From a bacterium (GTDB taxonomy: Bacteria; RBG-13-61-14; DATKZS01): a stretch of 64,000 bases of DNA. Both the position numbers and the translations under genes were made by a program. The notes beneath the pieces are model-generated. The model was not told where the DNA came from and did not search any database. It was given only the letters and a program-made list of their open reading frames with translations. Location: assembly GCA_963674965.2 (NCBI GenBank), contig CAXXFL010000001.1:448001-512000 (forward strand). The letters run 5' to 3'. Below, piece by piece: positions 1 through 10,223 of this stretch (its first letter is position 1; each line of letters starts with the position of its first letter).

Positions 1-70
1 TATAAACCCTTGCGCCGCCAAGGCGCTGAAGCAAGAAAACATTGCGCTCAACTTGGCGCTTTATGGGTCA

Positions 71-1030
71 TCATTCGCATAAATCTCCCTCTTTAACTTC
101 CCCCGCGGGCTCGACGTGGGTCACCACGTCAATGACGTCCGGGCCTTTATCAAGCAGGGCGTGCTTAACGCTCGAGGCTATCTCATGCCCTTCCCTGACG
201 GTCAGATCGTCTTGCACCTGGACGTGCAGGTCCACTTGAACGCCCAGCCCTTGACGCCTTGTCCTTATTTTGTGGACCTCGAGCACCCCGTCGGTGGCCA
301 GGCAAATCTCGCGTATGCGCTCGCAGGTCTCGCGGCCCGCGCCCGCGTCGGAAAGTTCCTTCAGGGCCGGCCAGGCTATTCTCCAGGCCGCCTGAAGTAT
401 GAAAACGGTTACTATCACCGCGCCCACGTGATCGAGGAAATACCAGTCGGGGAATAACCTGGTCAGCCCCGCGGCCAGGGCCGCCGGTATCGAACTCAGG
501 CCGTCCGAGCGGTGGTGCCAGGCGTTGGCCATGAGAGCGCTCGACCTGGCGCGCTTTCCCGCGATCCTCGTGGCGTGGTAGAGGCCTTCCTTGATAATGA
601 TCGAGGCGACCGCCGCCGCGACGGCGATCAGGCCGGGAGGCCGGGAGTGGCTCTCGGGAATGGTGGCGACCGCGTTGTAGCCGATACCGAGCGCGGCCGC
701 GGCCAGGGCCAGCCCGATAAAGAAGGTGACCACCGTCTCGATCCGCCGGTGCCCGTATGGATGGGACTCGTCGGGAGGCGCCGACCAGTATCTTACGCCT
801 ATCAGCACGGCCAGGTCCGTGACCAGGTCCGAAAGGCTGTGCACCCCGTCGGCCGCAACCGCCTGGCTGCCGCCCAGCGTGCCGGCCGCTATCTTGAAGC
901 CCGAAAGGACCACGTTGATCGCGAGTCCTATCCAGGTTATCCGCTTGATCGTTCTGGTCTCTTGAGTATCGATCCCGATCTCCCATGGTCCGGAGTTAAT
1001 TGCAAACCAGCCGCGCGGACTGACCATCAT
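71..1030 (-). CDS. Cation diffusion facilitator (FieF-like) transporter
   Basis: ADGVHSLSD, PPDESHPYGHRRIE, ANAWHHRSD motifs; C-terminal dimerisation domain ending VVTHVEP; true start probably ~55 nt downstream of the ORF start. Confidence 0.92.
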   Translation of the reverse strand: MMVSPRGWFAINSGPWEIGIDTQETRTIKRITWIGLAINVVLSGFKIAAGTLGGSQAVAADGVHSLSDLVTDLAVLIGVRYWSAPPDESHPYGHRRIETVVTFFIGLALAAAALGIGYNAVATIPESHSRPPGLIAVAAAVASIIIKEGLYHATRIAGKRARSSALMANAWHHRSDGLSSIPAALAAGLTRLFPDWYFLDHVGAVIVTVFILQAAWRIAWPALKELSDAGAGRETCERIREICLATDGVLEVHKIRTRRQGLGVQVDLHVQVQDDLTVREGHEIASSVKHALLDKGPDVIDVVTHVEPAGEVKEGDLCE

Positions 1031-1136
1031 GCTGACTGATCTTTTCCGCCGGCCCCGGCGCGATTAATATAGCACGGCGATTAAGATACGGGAAGGAACC
1101 GGACGAGGTCGATAAGGCGCGTCCTGGATTGCCGAG

Positions 1137-3374
1137 TTACTTCGCCTTGGCCCGGGAGCAGGCTTTTCGTTCTCCCAGGTCGCAGGCCTTTTGGAAAAGC
1201 GACTTGGCCTTGTCCTTGTCCGCTTGCAATCCTCCCTGGCCCTCGAGGTAATATTCCGCGAGCCGGGCGCAGCCGAGGGGATGCTCGGCTTTGCAGGCTT
1301 TCTCGTAAAGCTCCCTGGCTTTTTGCCGGCTCTTCTCGAGGCCGAACAGTCCGTTTTCGTGCCATCTGGCCAAGCTTACGCAGGCTATCATGATCTTTCC
1401 GTCGCAGGCCGTCCTCATAAGCTCGACCGCCCGGGCCGGGTCTTTTTCCCCCGCCAGGTCGTCATAGAGGTAATAGGGAGCCAGATCGAAACAGGCGACA
1501 AGCTCGCCCGCGCCGCAGGATTTATCGAGCAGTTCGAAAGCCTTTTCCGGGTCTTTTTCCTGGCCGCACTCGCCCCTGGCCATGCATGACGCCAAGCCGT
1601 AGCATCCGGAGGGATTACCCGCGTCGCAGGCTTTCTTATAAAGCTCGGCGGCTTTTCTGGGATCGAGGTCGGCCCCGTCCTCCCCTTTCTCGTGCAGCCG
1701 GCCCAGATGAGCGCACGCGGTCATCGAGCCTTTTTCGCAAGACCGCTCGAAGAGGCCCCTGGCTTTTTCCAGGTCCTTATCGAGTCCGCCCGCTCCTCTT
1801 TCGATCAGAGTTCCCAGGCTGTAACATCCGTTCTCGTCGCCCGCGTCGCAGGTCTTGCGAAAGAGGGCGGCGGCCTTGAGAAGGTCCGCCTTGAACCCGC
1901 AGTCGCCGAACTTATAGCAATTGCCCAGGGCGTAGCATCCGGGCAGGTCTCCTCCCTCGCAGGCGCTCTTGAAATATTCGCCCCCCCTTTCCCGGTCCGT
2001 TTCCAGGCCGCAGTCACCGTTCCAGTAGCAGGCGCCAAGGGCGTGGCAGGCGAACATGCCTCCCTTTTGGCAGGTCTCGTCGAAAAGCTCGACGGCCTTT
2101 TGGGCGTCCTTATCAAGGCCGCACTCGCCGCTCATGTAACAGGCAGCCAAGGCCCCGCAGGCGGCGGGCTCTCCTCCCTCGCAGGCCCGCTGGTAATAAG
2201 GACCGGCGGCGTCCTCGTCCTTTTCCAGCCCGCATTCCCCTTGCCAAAGACATCGTCCGAAGTCGTAGCAGCCGGCGGGATATCCCTTTTCGCAAGCGCT
2301 CTTGAAATAATCGCCGAACTCTTCCCCGCCGCCGGCCCGGCATCCTCCGTCCCTCAGGCACGAGGCCAGGTTGTAGCATCCTCTCGCCGCGCCCCCCATA
2401 CAAGCTTTTTCCAAAAGCCTTCCCGCCTCGGCGGGGTCGGGGTCCCGGCCGCAGACGCCGGTGATATAGCAGGCTCCCAGGTTGTTGCACCCGGCCATGT
2501 TGCCGCCCGAGCAGGCCCGCTCGTGAAACTGGGCCGCCTTGACCGGATCGTTTTCCACGCCGCAGTCTCCGGACTCGTGACACTGGGCCAGGCTGAAACA
2601 GGCGTCCATCCTGCCGCCCTCGCAGGCCGCGAAAAGCAGCTCGCCCGCCCGCTTCGGGTCCCGGTCCATGCCGGCGGCCCCTTCCAAAAGAGCGTGAGCC
2701 AGTCTCTCGCAGGCCTCGAGGTCGCCGCCCTTACAGGCCTCGTCGTATATTTTTCCCGGGGACGGCGCGCCCTCGGGGGCCTCGCCGGAGAGGAAGGAGT
2801 CGGCCAGGCCGGTAAGACCCGAGCAGGCTCTCGCCACTCCCCCCAGACAGGACTCGGAATAGAACTCGTAGGCGAACTCCGGGTCGGCCTTTACTCCTCC
2901 GGTCCCTTTTTCGAAACGCCTCGCCAGGCTCGAAAGCTCGACGCAGGCAGCCGCGTACCCGTACTTGCATGAGCGGCGATAGTATTCGCCGGCGCGCTTG
3001 GGGTCGGGCGCTATCTTCTCGTCTCCATTCAGGAAAAGGCCGGCTATCTCGGCCAGCTTTTCGCAGTCGCCCAAGTCTTCCGACTGACAACCGACCGAAT
3101 ATTCCTCCGCCGCCAGCTTGGGATCGAGAAATACTTTTATGTAGCCAAGGGAATACAGATGAAATACCAGGGCCAGAAGAAGAAGAAAAGCGATTAAGAC
3201 GAGCGCGAAAATCCTGAAGGCGGTAGTGGCCCCCCTTGGTTTTTCGTCCACCAGGGGAATATCGTCGAGTCCCTTATCGAGACCCGCCGCCTGGCCCTCC
3301 GTGAAAGGAAGGTCGTATGGGTTTTTCTGCCCCTTCTCCTTGTCCACCTTAGAACCTCCGCCTCGGCGCGCCAC
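1137..3374 (-). CDS. Membrane-anchored Cys-rich Sel1-like repeat protein (Hcp-like)
   Basis: One TM helix near residues 55-80, then about 18 repeats of ~37 aa with D.KA...Y.KAC..G...GC..LG pattern. Confidence 0.9.
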   Translation of the reverse strand: MARRGGGSKVDKEKGQKNPYDLPFTEGQAAGLDKGLDDIPLVDEKPRGATTAFRIFALVLIAFLLLLALVFHLYSLGYIKVFLDPKLAAEEYSVGCQSEDLGDCEKLAEIAGLFLNGDEKIAPDPKRAGEYYRRSCKYGYAAACVELSSLARRFEKGTGGVKADPEFAYEFYSESCLGGVARACSGLTGLADSFLSGEAPEGAPSPGKIYDEACKGGDLEACERLAHALLEGAAGMDRDPKRAGELLFAACEGGRMDACFSLAQCHESGDCGVENDPVKAAQFHERACSGGNMAGCNNLGACYITGVCGRDPDPAEAGRLLEKACMGGAARGCYNLASCLRDGGCRAGGGEEFGDYFKSACEKGYPAGCYDFGRCLWQGECGLEKDEDAAGPYYQRACEGGEPAACGALAACYMSGECGLDKDAQKAVELFDETCQKGGMFACHALGACYWNGDCGLETDRERGGEYFKSACEGGDLPGCYALGNCYKFGDCGFKADLLKAAALFRKTCDAGDENGCYSLGTLIERGAGGLDKDLEKARGLFERSCEKGSMTACAHLGRLHEKGEDGADLDPRKAAELYKKACDAGNPSGCYGLASCMARGECGQEKDPEKAFELLDKSCGAGELVACFDLAPYYLYDDLAGEKDPARAVELMRTACDGKIMIACVSLARWHENGLFGLEKSRQKARELYEKACKAEHPLGCARLAEYYLEGQGGLQADKDKAKSLFQKACDLGERKACSRAKAK

Positions 3375-3459
3375 CTTCTATTTATTTTATACTTCTTTCA
3401 TCGAAGTTGAAAGCCCATTTTTCCGAGGCGATAAATCCGACAAAACTAAACGAACAAGG

Positions 3460-4536
3460 TCAATGCAGATATCCCCCATGAAAATCTTCCTCGTCGTCAT
3501 CGTCGTCCGGCTCGTCATCCTCCGCGGCGTACAGGCCAAGCCTTTGCCTGTCTTTCAGTCTCATGGCCTCTTCATTCTCCAGCTCGCGATAGCTCTTGCC
3601 CGCGTCTCCCAGCCAGGCATCTTCCCACTTTGCGTGCTTTTTCATTTTGCGGGCCTTCTTCCAGTAGGCGATTATGGCCAGGAGACCCAACAGGAACCAA
3701 AGGGCCCCGCCTCCTGAAATAACTGAAACCAGTCCGTAAGATTTTCTCATGTGCTGGGCCCACATATCCTGGAGCTCGGGCAGGGACTCGCCAAAAGACT
3801 CCTTCATGGCCCGGTCGGGGCTCGATCCCTTGGCCAGGAGGTCGAGGAAAGAGATGAAAGTCTCGGACCCGTACCTTACGTTCAGAAAGCGGACAAAGTC
3901 TCCCGATTGGGCGTAGGCCGTCGCGGCCGCGCTTCTCGCGTAGGGGAAGGAGTCTTCAAGGTCCCGGAAATCCATGAAGCGCCCGGAGATGGCCATCGAG
4001 CCAAGCGTGTCCACGCGCGAGAACAACGGCTCGTCCGCCATGAACACGGCCAGGCCCTCATCCAGCCAGACCGGCGGCCGAGCGTCACCCAGCTTGTGAT
4101 GAAGCGCGAGATGAGTCAACTCGTGGGCGACGATGGCCCGCATGGAAGAGTGCCTTACCTCGCTTCCAGACAATGGGCGCAGGTAAATGACGTTTCGGGC
4201 GGGATAGGCCGTGCCCGAGGACCAGGAAGGCACGGATCGATTCTGGATGGCCATGAAGGAATCCCGGTCGGGAGCGACTATTACGGTTATCGAGGAAGGA
4301 GGAGAAGTGGAAAGGGCGGCCGAAATCCGCTCGAGCTCGGGCGCCAGATGGGGGGATATGGAATCCACCAGCCCCTCCGACCCAGAAAGATACAGTATGG
4401 CAAACGGACCCCGCTTCAGGGTCAGCCATTTTTTATCAGGCTCTCTCGCCGACGACGTGAGTGGCAAAACGACTGATATGTAAAGAAAAATAACGATCAG
4501 GAACGATCGGGGCGATATCTTGGGCCAAGCGGTCAT
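3460..4536 (-). CDS. Peptidase MA-family (gluzincin-like) metallopeptidase, exported, C-terminal TM anchor
   Basis: Signal peptide; AHELTH zinc motif followed by PVWLDEGLA; AYAQS motif; C-terminal TM and acidic tail. Confidence 0.85.
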   Translation of the reverse strand: MTAWPKISPRSFLIVIFLYISVVLPLTSSAREPDKKWLTLKRGPFAILYLSGSEGLVDSISPHLAPELERISAALSTSPPSSITVIVAPDRDSFMAIQNRSVPSWSSGTAYPARNVIYLRPLSGSEVRHSSMRAIVAHELTHLALHHKLGDARPPVWLDEGLAVFMADEPLFSRVDTLGSMAISGRFMDFRDLEDSFPYARSAAATAYAQSGDFVRFLNVRYGSETFISFLDLLAKGSSPDRAMKESFGESLPELQDMWAQHMRKSYGLVSVISGGGALWFLLGLLAIIAYWKKARKMKKHAKWEDAWLGDAGKSYRELENEEAMRLKDRQRLGLYAAEDDEPDDDDDEEDFHGGYLH

Positions 4537-4832
4537 CTCTTAAGGATGTTAGCATGTCATCCTTTTCCTGGCAATTTGTCCAGACAGGAAATACCCGCAT
4601 TATGCATTCTTTAGATCGAATTTCAGCAGATTGCATTGCCTTTTAGGGTTCATAGCCCTTAATGGCGATCGGCCGTAAGGGCGTCTATAAATCCAGCGAA
4701 ATAACCCATGGCAACTTCTTCCTTGCAACGTCCTGCAATTAAAAGTATATTTTTTCCGGACTGTACTGTCCCTTCAACCGCGGACATTTTTCCGAACTTT
4801 TTCCAAACAAATACTGGAAGGCAAACAAAGAA

Positions 4833-4848
4833 TGGCCCATATTATGCA
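4833..4848 (+). promoter_or_regulatory. Putative sigma54 (-24/-12) promoter for the TonB-dependent receptor
   Basis: TGGCCCATATTATGCA fits GG-N10-GC; palindrome TTGCA-N6-TGCAA at 4723-4738 could be an upstream activator site. Confidence 0.45.
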
Positions 4849-5002
4849 TTATCTTGAAATGCTCTTGTCGCGTTTTATGGACATTGGGGTTTTCCAGTAA
4901 AACGCCGTAAAATGCCCAAGAGGAAGTAAAATATTATTATGGTTATTGTCGGTATTGACAAAAAGATTTTCAAAAACGAAAACCGAAAATAAGGAGACGG
5001 AC

Positions 5003-7078
5003 ATGATACTACTGAACCGTCGGCTCAAGTCTTTTCCCATCCTTACCATCCTGATCGCTTGTAGCTTTTTCTTCGCGGGCCAGTCCTTGGCTCTGGACGA
5101 TGAGGAACAATTCGAGGATTTCTCCGAGCTTGACCTCAACGACATGCTCGACGTGACGGTGGTTTCGGCCTCGAAGATCGAGCAGTCCCTCCGCGACTCG
5201 GCCAACGCCATTTACGTGATCACGGCCGAGGACATAAGGCGCTCGGGGGTCCGCTCGATACCCGAGGCCCTCCGCCTGGCTCCCGGGGTCTTCGTGGCCC
5301 AGATTTCCGGCAATAAGTGGGTCGTTACCATGGGAGGGTTCACGCTTTTCGAGTACTCGAACAAGCTGCTCGTGCTTATAGACGGGGTCTCGGTCTATAA
5401 CCCCATTTCGGGCGGCGTTGACTGGGACTTTCTGCCCGTGTCCCTCGAGGAAATCGACCGCATCGAGGTAATAAGGGGAACGGGCGGGGTACTGTACGGC
5501 GCCAACGCCGTCAACGGCGTTATCAACATCATCACCCGGTCAGGCGAGACGGAATCGGCGTCCTTCGTCAACGTGATGGCGGGCACGCAGAACATGCGCC
5601 AGATGCACGCCACCACCAGGCTCGAGTCCGAGGACGGCGCCCTTTCCAGCCGCGTTTCGGTTTCCTACGAGGAGGACGCCGGGCTTGGCCAGGCGCGGGG
5701 TACCCAGCAAGTATACGACGGCCAGGAGTTGGCCACGGCCTCCATCCGGAACACCGTCAAGCTCGACGACTCGGCCGAGGTCCATTTCGACGCCCGCTAT
5801 AAGGGCGGGATCATCCAAAGGCCGAACGTTGACGAAACCTGGAGAGGAGATGATTCCAAACTCGAGTCCGACATTATGAGGGGCCGCCTCGATTTATTTT
5901 TCGACAATGGGGCCCAGTTATACGTGCAGGGCTACCGCTGGATGGAAAACGTGCGGATCGACCGGGACGGCTATGAGACCTATTCGGCCCAGTTGGTCTA
6001 CGACGGCGAGGCCCAGGTCATGGTCCCCTTCGAATTGGCCGGGACGCATCAGTTCATCTTCGGCGGCGGCTACCGCGAGGTCTACGGCAAGAGCGAGGAC
6101 ATCCTGGATTTCGACCAGGACTTTACCGTGGGCAACGCCTACATGCATGACGCCTGGAAGCTTACCGACGAGCTCGCCCTCAACTCGGGCGTGAAATGGG
6201 AGCACGTGAACCTGGTCGACCCGACCTGGCAGTGGCGCGGGGCCCTGGTTTACAACCCCACCCCCCAGCATGGTATAAGGCTTTCCGTCTCGAACGCCTA
6301 CCGATCGCCCACGCTGACCGAAACCTATCACCAGGTCTTCTATGAAATTCCCGACGAGCTGGCCTTCCTTATCCCGGGCTGGCCCCCGGAACAGGACCAA
6401 TTCCTGGCCAGCGTGGTGGGCAACGAGGACCTCGAGCCCGAGCAGGTCGTGTCCTACGAGGCCGAGTATCGAGGCTTCTGGTTCAACCGGGTTAACTTCG
6501 ACGTGTCCTATTCCTACAGGGAATACACCAACCTCATCACCGTCTTTATAGCCGACCCCGGTTTCTACGTGGACCTGCCGCCCGTCATCGGGCCCCTCAG
6601 CCAGAATATCACCTACGTCAACGACGGCCAGGCCATAAGCAACAACGTGGAAGTGAGCATGGACGCCAAAGTGACCGACGAGCTCCGGGTCATGCTCAAC
6701 TACGCCCATATCGACATCCGGCTCACGGGGGACAAGGTTTTCAAGAACTACGAGGAAAACACCCCGAGGAACCTGGGAAGAGCGGCCGTCTCCTATACCC
6801 ATCCCAAGGGGTTCATGGTCGACGTCTCCGGCTCGTACATGGACGAGTACACGGTCCAGCCCGTCTCGCTGGCCACGTACGATTTCAACTCCTACTGGCG
6901 GATGGACGCCAGGATCGCCCAGAAAATCGAGCTTAACTCGGGCGACCTCGAGATAGGAGTGGTGGGCCAGAACCTCACCGAGGAATGGCACTCCGAGTAC
7001 CCAGACGTCGAGATCGACACCCAGCCTCTCCCCCTCAGAAGCGCTTTCTACGGGTACGTCGAGTTCAGGGACAAATAA
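5003..7078 (+). CDS. TonB-dependent outer-membrane receptor
   Basis: RBS AAGGAG then ATG 5003; signal peptide; plug motifs VVSASK, IYVITAEDIRRSG, LIDG, IDRIEVIRG, LYGANAVNGVINIIT; beta-barrel-type C-terminus. Confidence 0.93.
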   Translation: MILLNRRLKSFPILTILIACSFFFAGQSLALDDEEQFEDFSELDLNDMLDVTVVSASKIEQSLRDSANAIYVITAEDIRRSGVRSIPEALRLAPGVFVAQISGNKWVVTMGGFTLFEYSNKLLVLIDGVSVYNPISGGVDWDFLPVSLEEIDRIEVIRGTGGVLYGANAVNGVINIITRSGETESASFVNVMAGTQNMRQMHATTRLESEDGALSSRVSVSYEEDAGLGQARGTQQVYDGQELATASIRNTVKLDDSAEVHFDARYKGGIIQRPNVDETWRGDDSKLESDIMRGRLDLFFDNGAQLYVQGYRWMENVRIDRDGYETYSAQLVYDGEAQVMVPFELAGTHQFIFGGGYREVYGKSEDILDFDQDFTVGNAYMHDAWKLTDELALNSGVKWEHVNLVDPTWQWRGALVYNPTPQHGIRLSVSNAYRSPTLTETYHQVFYEIPDELAFLIPGWPPEQDQFLASVVGNEDLEPEQVVSYEAEYRGFWFNRVNFDVSYSYREYTNLITVFIADPGFYVDLPPVIGPLSQNITYVNDGQAISNNVEVSMDAKVTDELRVMLNYAHIDIRLTGDKVFKNYEENTPRNLGRAAVSYTHPKGFMVDVSGSYMDEYTVQPVSLATYDFNSYWRMDARIAQKIELNSGDLEIGVVGQNLTEEWHSEYPDVEIDTQPLPLRSAFYGYVEFRDK

Positions 7079-7105
7079 CCGGCGCTTGTATCCTTCACTC
7101 TTGAC

Positions 7106-7142
7106 GAGGCCGTCCGACGTTTGCCGGGCGGCCTCTTTTTTT
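7106..7142 (+). terminator. Rho-independent terminator
   Basis: GAGGCCGTCCG / CGGGCGGCCTC stem followed by T7. Confidence 0.8.
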
Positions 7143-7280
7143 CGCGCAAAGGACTTGGGACTTGATTCAATTTTGACAACTTCAGAACCATGGCCGAAAA
7201 TGCCGGGAGACGCGATATCCCGGCGACCCGTTATTATCGCGATCATTCAAACCCCTTCAACGTTAAAAGGAGAGCCTCCC

Positions 7281-10187
7281 TTGGACAGGAGACAATTTAT
7301 CAAGTCCACTTCCGCCGGAGCGGCCGGTCTGGCCTTCGGCGAAACGATTTTAGCGGCAAAAGACGATCATGGGCCGGGAGACTTCGTTCTGGCGGACCGC
7401 CTCGGGGTCGCGGACGTCCTCTTTGATCTTAACGACCACGAGGTGGTGGGCGTGGCCGCGACCGCGCTGGCCCGCGACGTGGAGAGCGTGACGGGGAAGA
7501 CGTGTTCTTTGAATGAAGGCTCCAGTCCAAATGCGGTCGTGGCCGGGACCATTGGAAAGAGCGAGTTGGTCGACGCTCTTATCCATGACGGCCGGCTGGA
7601 CGCGAGCGAGGTGGCGGGCCAATGGGAAAGCTGCCTCTTCTCCGTTGTAAAGAAACCCTTTCCCGGCGTGGATGAAGCGCTGGTCATCGCGGGCTCCGAC
7701 CGGCGGGGAACTGCCTTCGGAATTTTCGAGCTTAGCCGCCAAATCGGCGTGTCGCCCTGGATTTTCTGGGCCGACGCGGTCCCGGATAAACGCGAGGGAC
7801 TGGTTATTAAAGGAGGCTCGCGCCGCCTGGGTCCTCCGTCCGTAAAGTACCGAGGTATCTTCATCAACGACGAGGACTTCGGCTTGCAGCCCTGGTCGGC
7901 CAAGACCTTCGAGGCCGAGCTGGGAGACATAGGTCCCAAAACCTACGCCAGGGTATTCGAGCTGCTCCTACGCCTCAAGGCCAACCATATCTGGCCGGCC
8001 ATGCATAAATGCACCAAGGCCTTCAACTTCTACCCGGACAATAAAATCGTGGCCGACCGTTACGCCATCGTCATGGGTTCATCCCACTGCGAGCAGATGC
8101 TGAGGAACAACGTGAGCGAATGGAAACCAGACGGCAAAGGCCCCTATATATACCAGGTAAACCGGGAGGGCGTGCTCGACTACTGGGAGGAAAGAGTAAA
8201 GGAGAACGGGCGCTATGAAAACGTCTATACCCTGGGCATGCGCGGCCTCCACGACTCTCCCATGTTCGCCGTGGGATCGAGGAGGACCAAGATAAAGCTC
8301 TACGAAAAAATCATCGCCGACCAAAGAGATATCCTTCGCCGCGGAGTCGATCGGGACGTCTCGAGGGTCCCCCAGATTTTCTGCGCTTATAACGAGATGC
8401 TCGATTTTTACAGGGACGGCCTTCCCATCCCTGAGGACGCTACCATGATGTGGGTGGACGACAATCACGGCTATATCCGAGGTCTTTCCGGCCCTCTCGA
8501 GCAAGGCAGGGAGGGCGGCTCGGGGGTTTATTACCATATATCCTACTGGGGTCCGCCCTTCGATTATTTATGGCTCTGCTCGACTCCTCCCGCCCTGATC
8601 TGGGAGGAGATGAGAAAGGCCTACGCCCATGACGCCCGCCGGGTATGGATGCTGAACGTGGGAGATATCAAACCGGGTGAGCTAATGACCGAGTTCTTCC
8701 TCGATCTGGCCTGGGACGTCGATAAATGGGACCGTAAAAAACCCGCGGACTTCTTGCTGGAAGCCGCCGAGCGCGAGTTCGGACCCGACAAGGCCCGGGA
8801 AATCGCGGACGTTATGAACGAGTACTTCCGGCTGAACTTCCAGCGAAAGCCCGAGCATATGGGCTTCAACATGATCGGAGAGAAGGGTATCCCGGTCAAC
8901 GATCCCGAGTTTACGCCCTTCCATTACGGGGACGAGGCGCAAAAAAGAATCGACGCCTACGCCGACCTCGATAAAAGAGCAACCCTTGTATATGAGGAAT
9001 TGCCCGAGCATAAGCGCGCCTCATTTTATCAACTCGTGCTCTACCCCGTTCGCGGGTCATCCCTTCTTAACTCCATGACGCTTAACGCCTACAAGAGCAG
9101 AATATACGCGGCCCAGGGCAGGAAAAGCGCAAAGGATTACGCTATAAAATCCAGGGAAGCGCATAAAGGACTCCGGGAGGAAGACGCTTATTACAACGAG
9201 GTACTTTCAAAGGGAAAATGGAAATACATGATGTGCCATCACCCCAAGGACCTTTCAGTCTTCGATCAGCCCAAAACGGCAAAAGCCAGGCTTAAAACGG
9301 GACCGGCTCTTGGAATATTCATCGAGGGCATGGAGAACGGACGCGGCGTTTCAGGCGGGGAGCTGCCGGAGTTCAACGCCCTTACCCGGCGAAAGTATTT
9401 CATCGACGTCTTCAACCGCGGAGACCGGCCCCTCGAGTGGAGGGCATATCCATCGGAGGAATGGATACTCCTGGACAAGGACCATGGAACGGCCGACGGA
9501 GAAGAAAGGATTTGGGTCGATATCGATTACGGCCAGGCGCCGAAAGGCGAGGCCCTGGCCGCGAGCGTGGAAATAAAAGGCGCCGACGATTCCCGGCTCG
9601 TGAAAATCACCGCTTATAACCCGGCCTACGCCGGGACGGCCGGGACCCTTTTCGTGGAGGACAACAAAGTGGTGGCCATGGACGCTGGAAGCGGTCTTAC
9701 AGGTCGTACCGGCAACCGCGGTTCCCGCTGGGAATCGATACGCGGTCTTGGCCGCAGCGGCAAGGCCATAGCCCTGCTTCCTCTCGATTCTCCCACTTTA
9801 AAGGACAATGAAATATCAGACGCGGCCCTGGCCGAGTATCCGGTCCGAGTGATTACCGGCGGCGAGGCAAGGCTGATCTTCGAGGTGCTTCCCACTTATC
9901 CGATCCATGAGGGGCGGGAGTTGGCCCTGGCTTTTTCATTTGACGATCTAGGACCTCGTAAAATCAATCTCGAAAAAAAGGGACGTACTCTTCTGGGTTT
10001 CTATTGGGGCGAGGACGTGCTCGCGGGCTATTTCCAGTCTTCCACTCAAGTAAATCTTGCCAAGGGCGATCACTCCCTCAAGTTATGGGGGCTTGACCCG
10101 AGCGTGGTTGTGGACAGGATTGTCATCGACTTTGGAGGACTGAAGAAGTCGTGCCTCGGACCGCCGGAGACTATCGCCCGCGTATAG
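7281..10187 (+). CDS. Glycoside hydrolase family 115 (xylan alpha-1,2-glucuronidase-like) with Tat signal
   Basis: RBS AGGAG, TTG start; Tat signal DRRQFIK; GH115 motifs GSDRRGTAFG, YRGIFINDE, LLRLKANHIWPAMH, MGSSHCEQM, GMRGLHD, NVGDIKP. Confidence 0.9.
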   Translation: MDRRQFIKSTSAGAAGLAFGETILAAKDDHGPGDFVLADRLGVADVLFDLNDHEVVGVAATALARDVESVTGKTCSLNEGSSPNAVVAGTIGKSELVDALIHDGRLDASEVAGQWESCLFSVVKKPFPGVDEALVIAGSDRRGTAFGIFELSRQIGVSPWIFWADAVPDKREGLVIKGGSRRLGPPSVKYRGIFINDEDFGLQPWSAKTFEAELGDIGPKTYARVFELLLRLKANHIWPAMHKCTKAFNFYPDNKIVADRYAIVMGSSHCEQMLRNNVSEWKPDGKGPYIYQVNREGVLDYWEERVKENGRYENVYTLGMRGLHDSPMFAVGSRRTKIKLYEKIIADQRDILRRGVDRDVSRVPQIFCAYNEMLDFYRDGLPIPEDATMMWVDDNHGYIRGLSGPLEQGREGGSGVYYHISYWGPPFDYLWLCSTPPALIWEEMRKAYAHDARRVWMLNVGDIKPGELMTEFFLDLAWDVDKWDRKKPADFLLEAAEREFGPDKAREIADVMNEYFRLNFQRKPEHMGFNMIGEKGIPVNDPEFTPFHYGDEAQKRIDAYADLDKRATLVYEELPEHKRASFYQLVLYPVRGSSLLNSMTLNAYKSRIYAAQGRKSAKDYAIKSREAHKGLREEDAYYNEVLSKGKWKYMMCHHPKDLSVFDQPKTAKARLKTGPALGIFIEGMENGRGVSGGELPEFNALTRRKYFIDVFNRGDRPLEWRAYPSEEWILLDKDHGTADGEERIWVDIDYGQAPKGEALAASVEIKGADDSRLVKITAYNPAYAGTAGTLFVEDNKVVAMDAGSGLTGRTGNRGSRWESIRGLGRSGKAIALLPLDSPTLKDNEISDAALAEYPVRVITGGEARLIFEVLPTYPIHEGRELALAFSFDDLGPRKINLEKKGRTLLGFYWGEDVLAGYFQSSTQVNLAKGDHSLKLWGLDPSVVVDRIVIDFGGLKKSCLGPPETIARV

Positions 10188-10223
10188 AAAATTGAGGCTG
10201 AATTTTCCAGGCCATTACTATAA

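Noticed and set aside
1692-2972. Long antisense/alternative-frame ORFs (e.g. 1692-2972, 5918-7246, 18516-19805, 25038-26492, 34244-35308)
   Set aside because: They shadow well-supported genes, have no recognisable motifs, and are expected in high-GC DNA.
4540-5000. Cobalamin or other riboswitch upstream of the TonB receptor
   Set aside because: No B12-box or other recognisable aptamer core.
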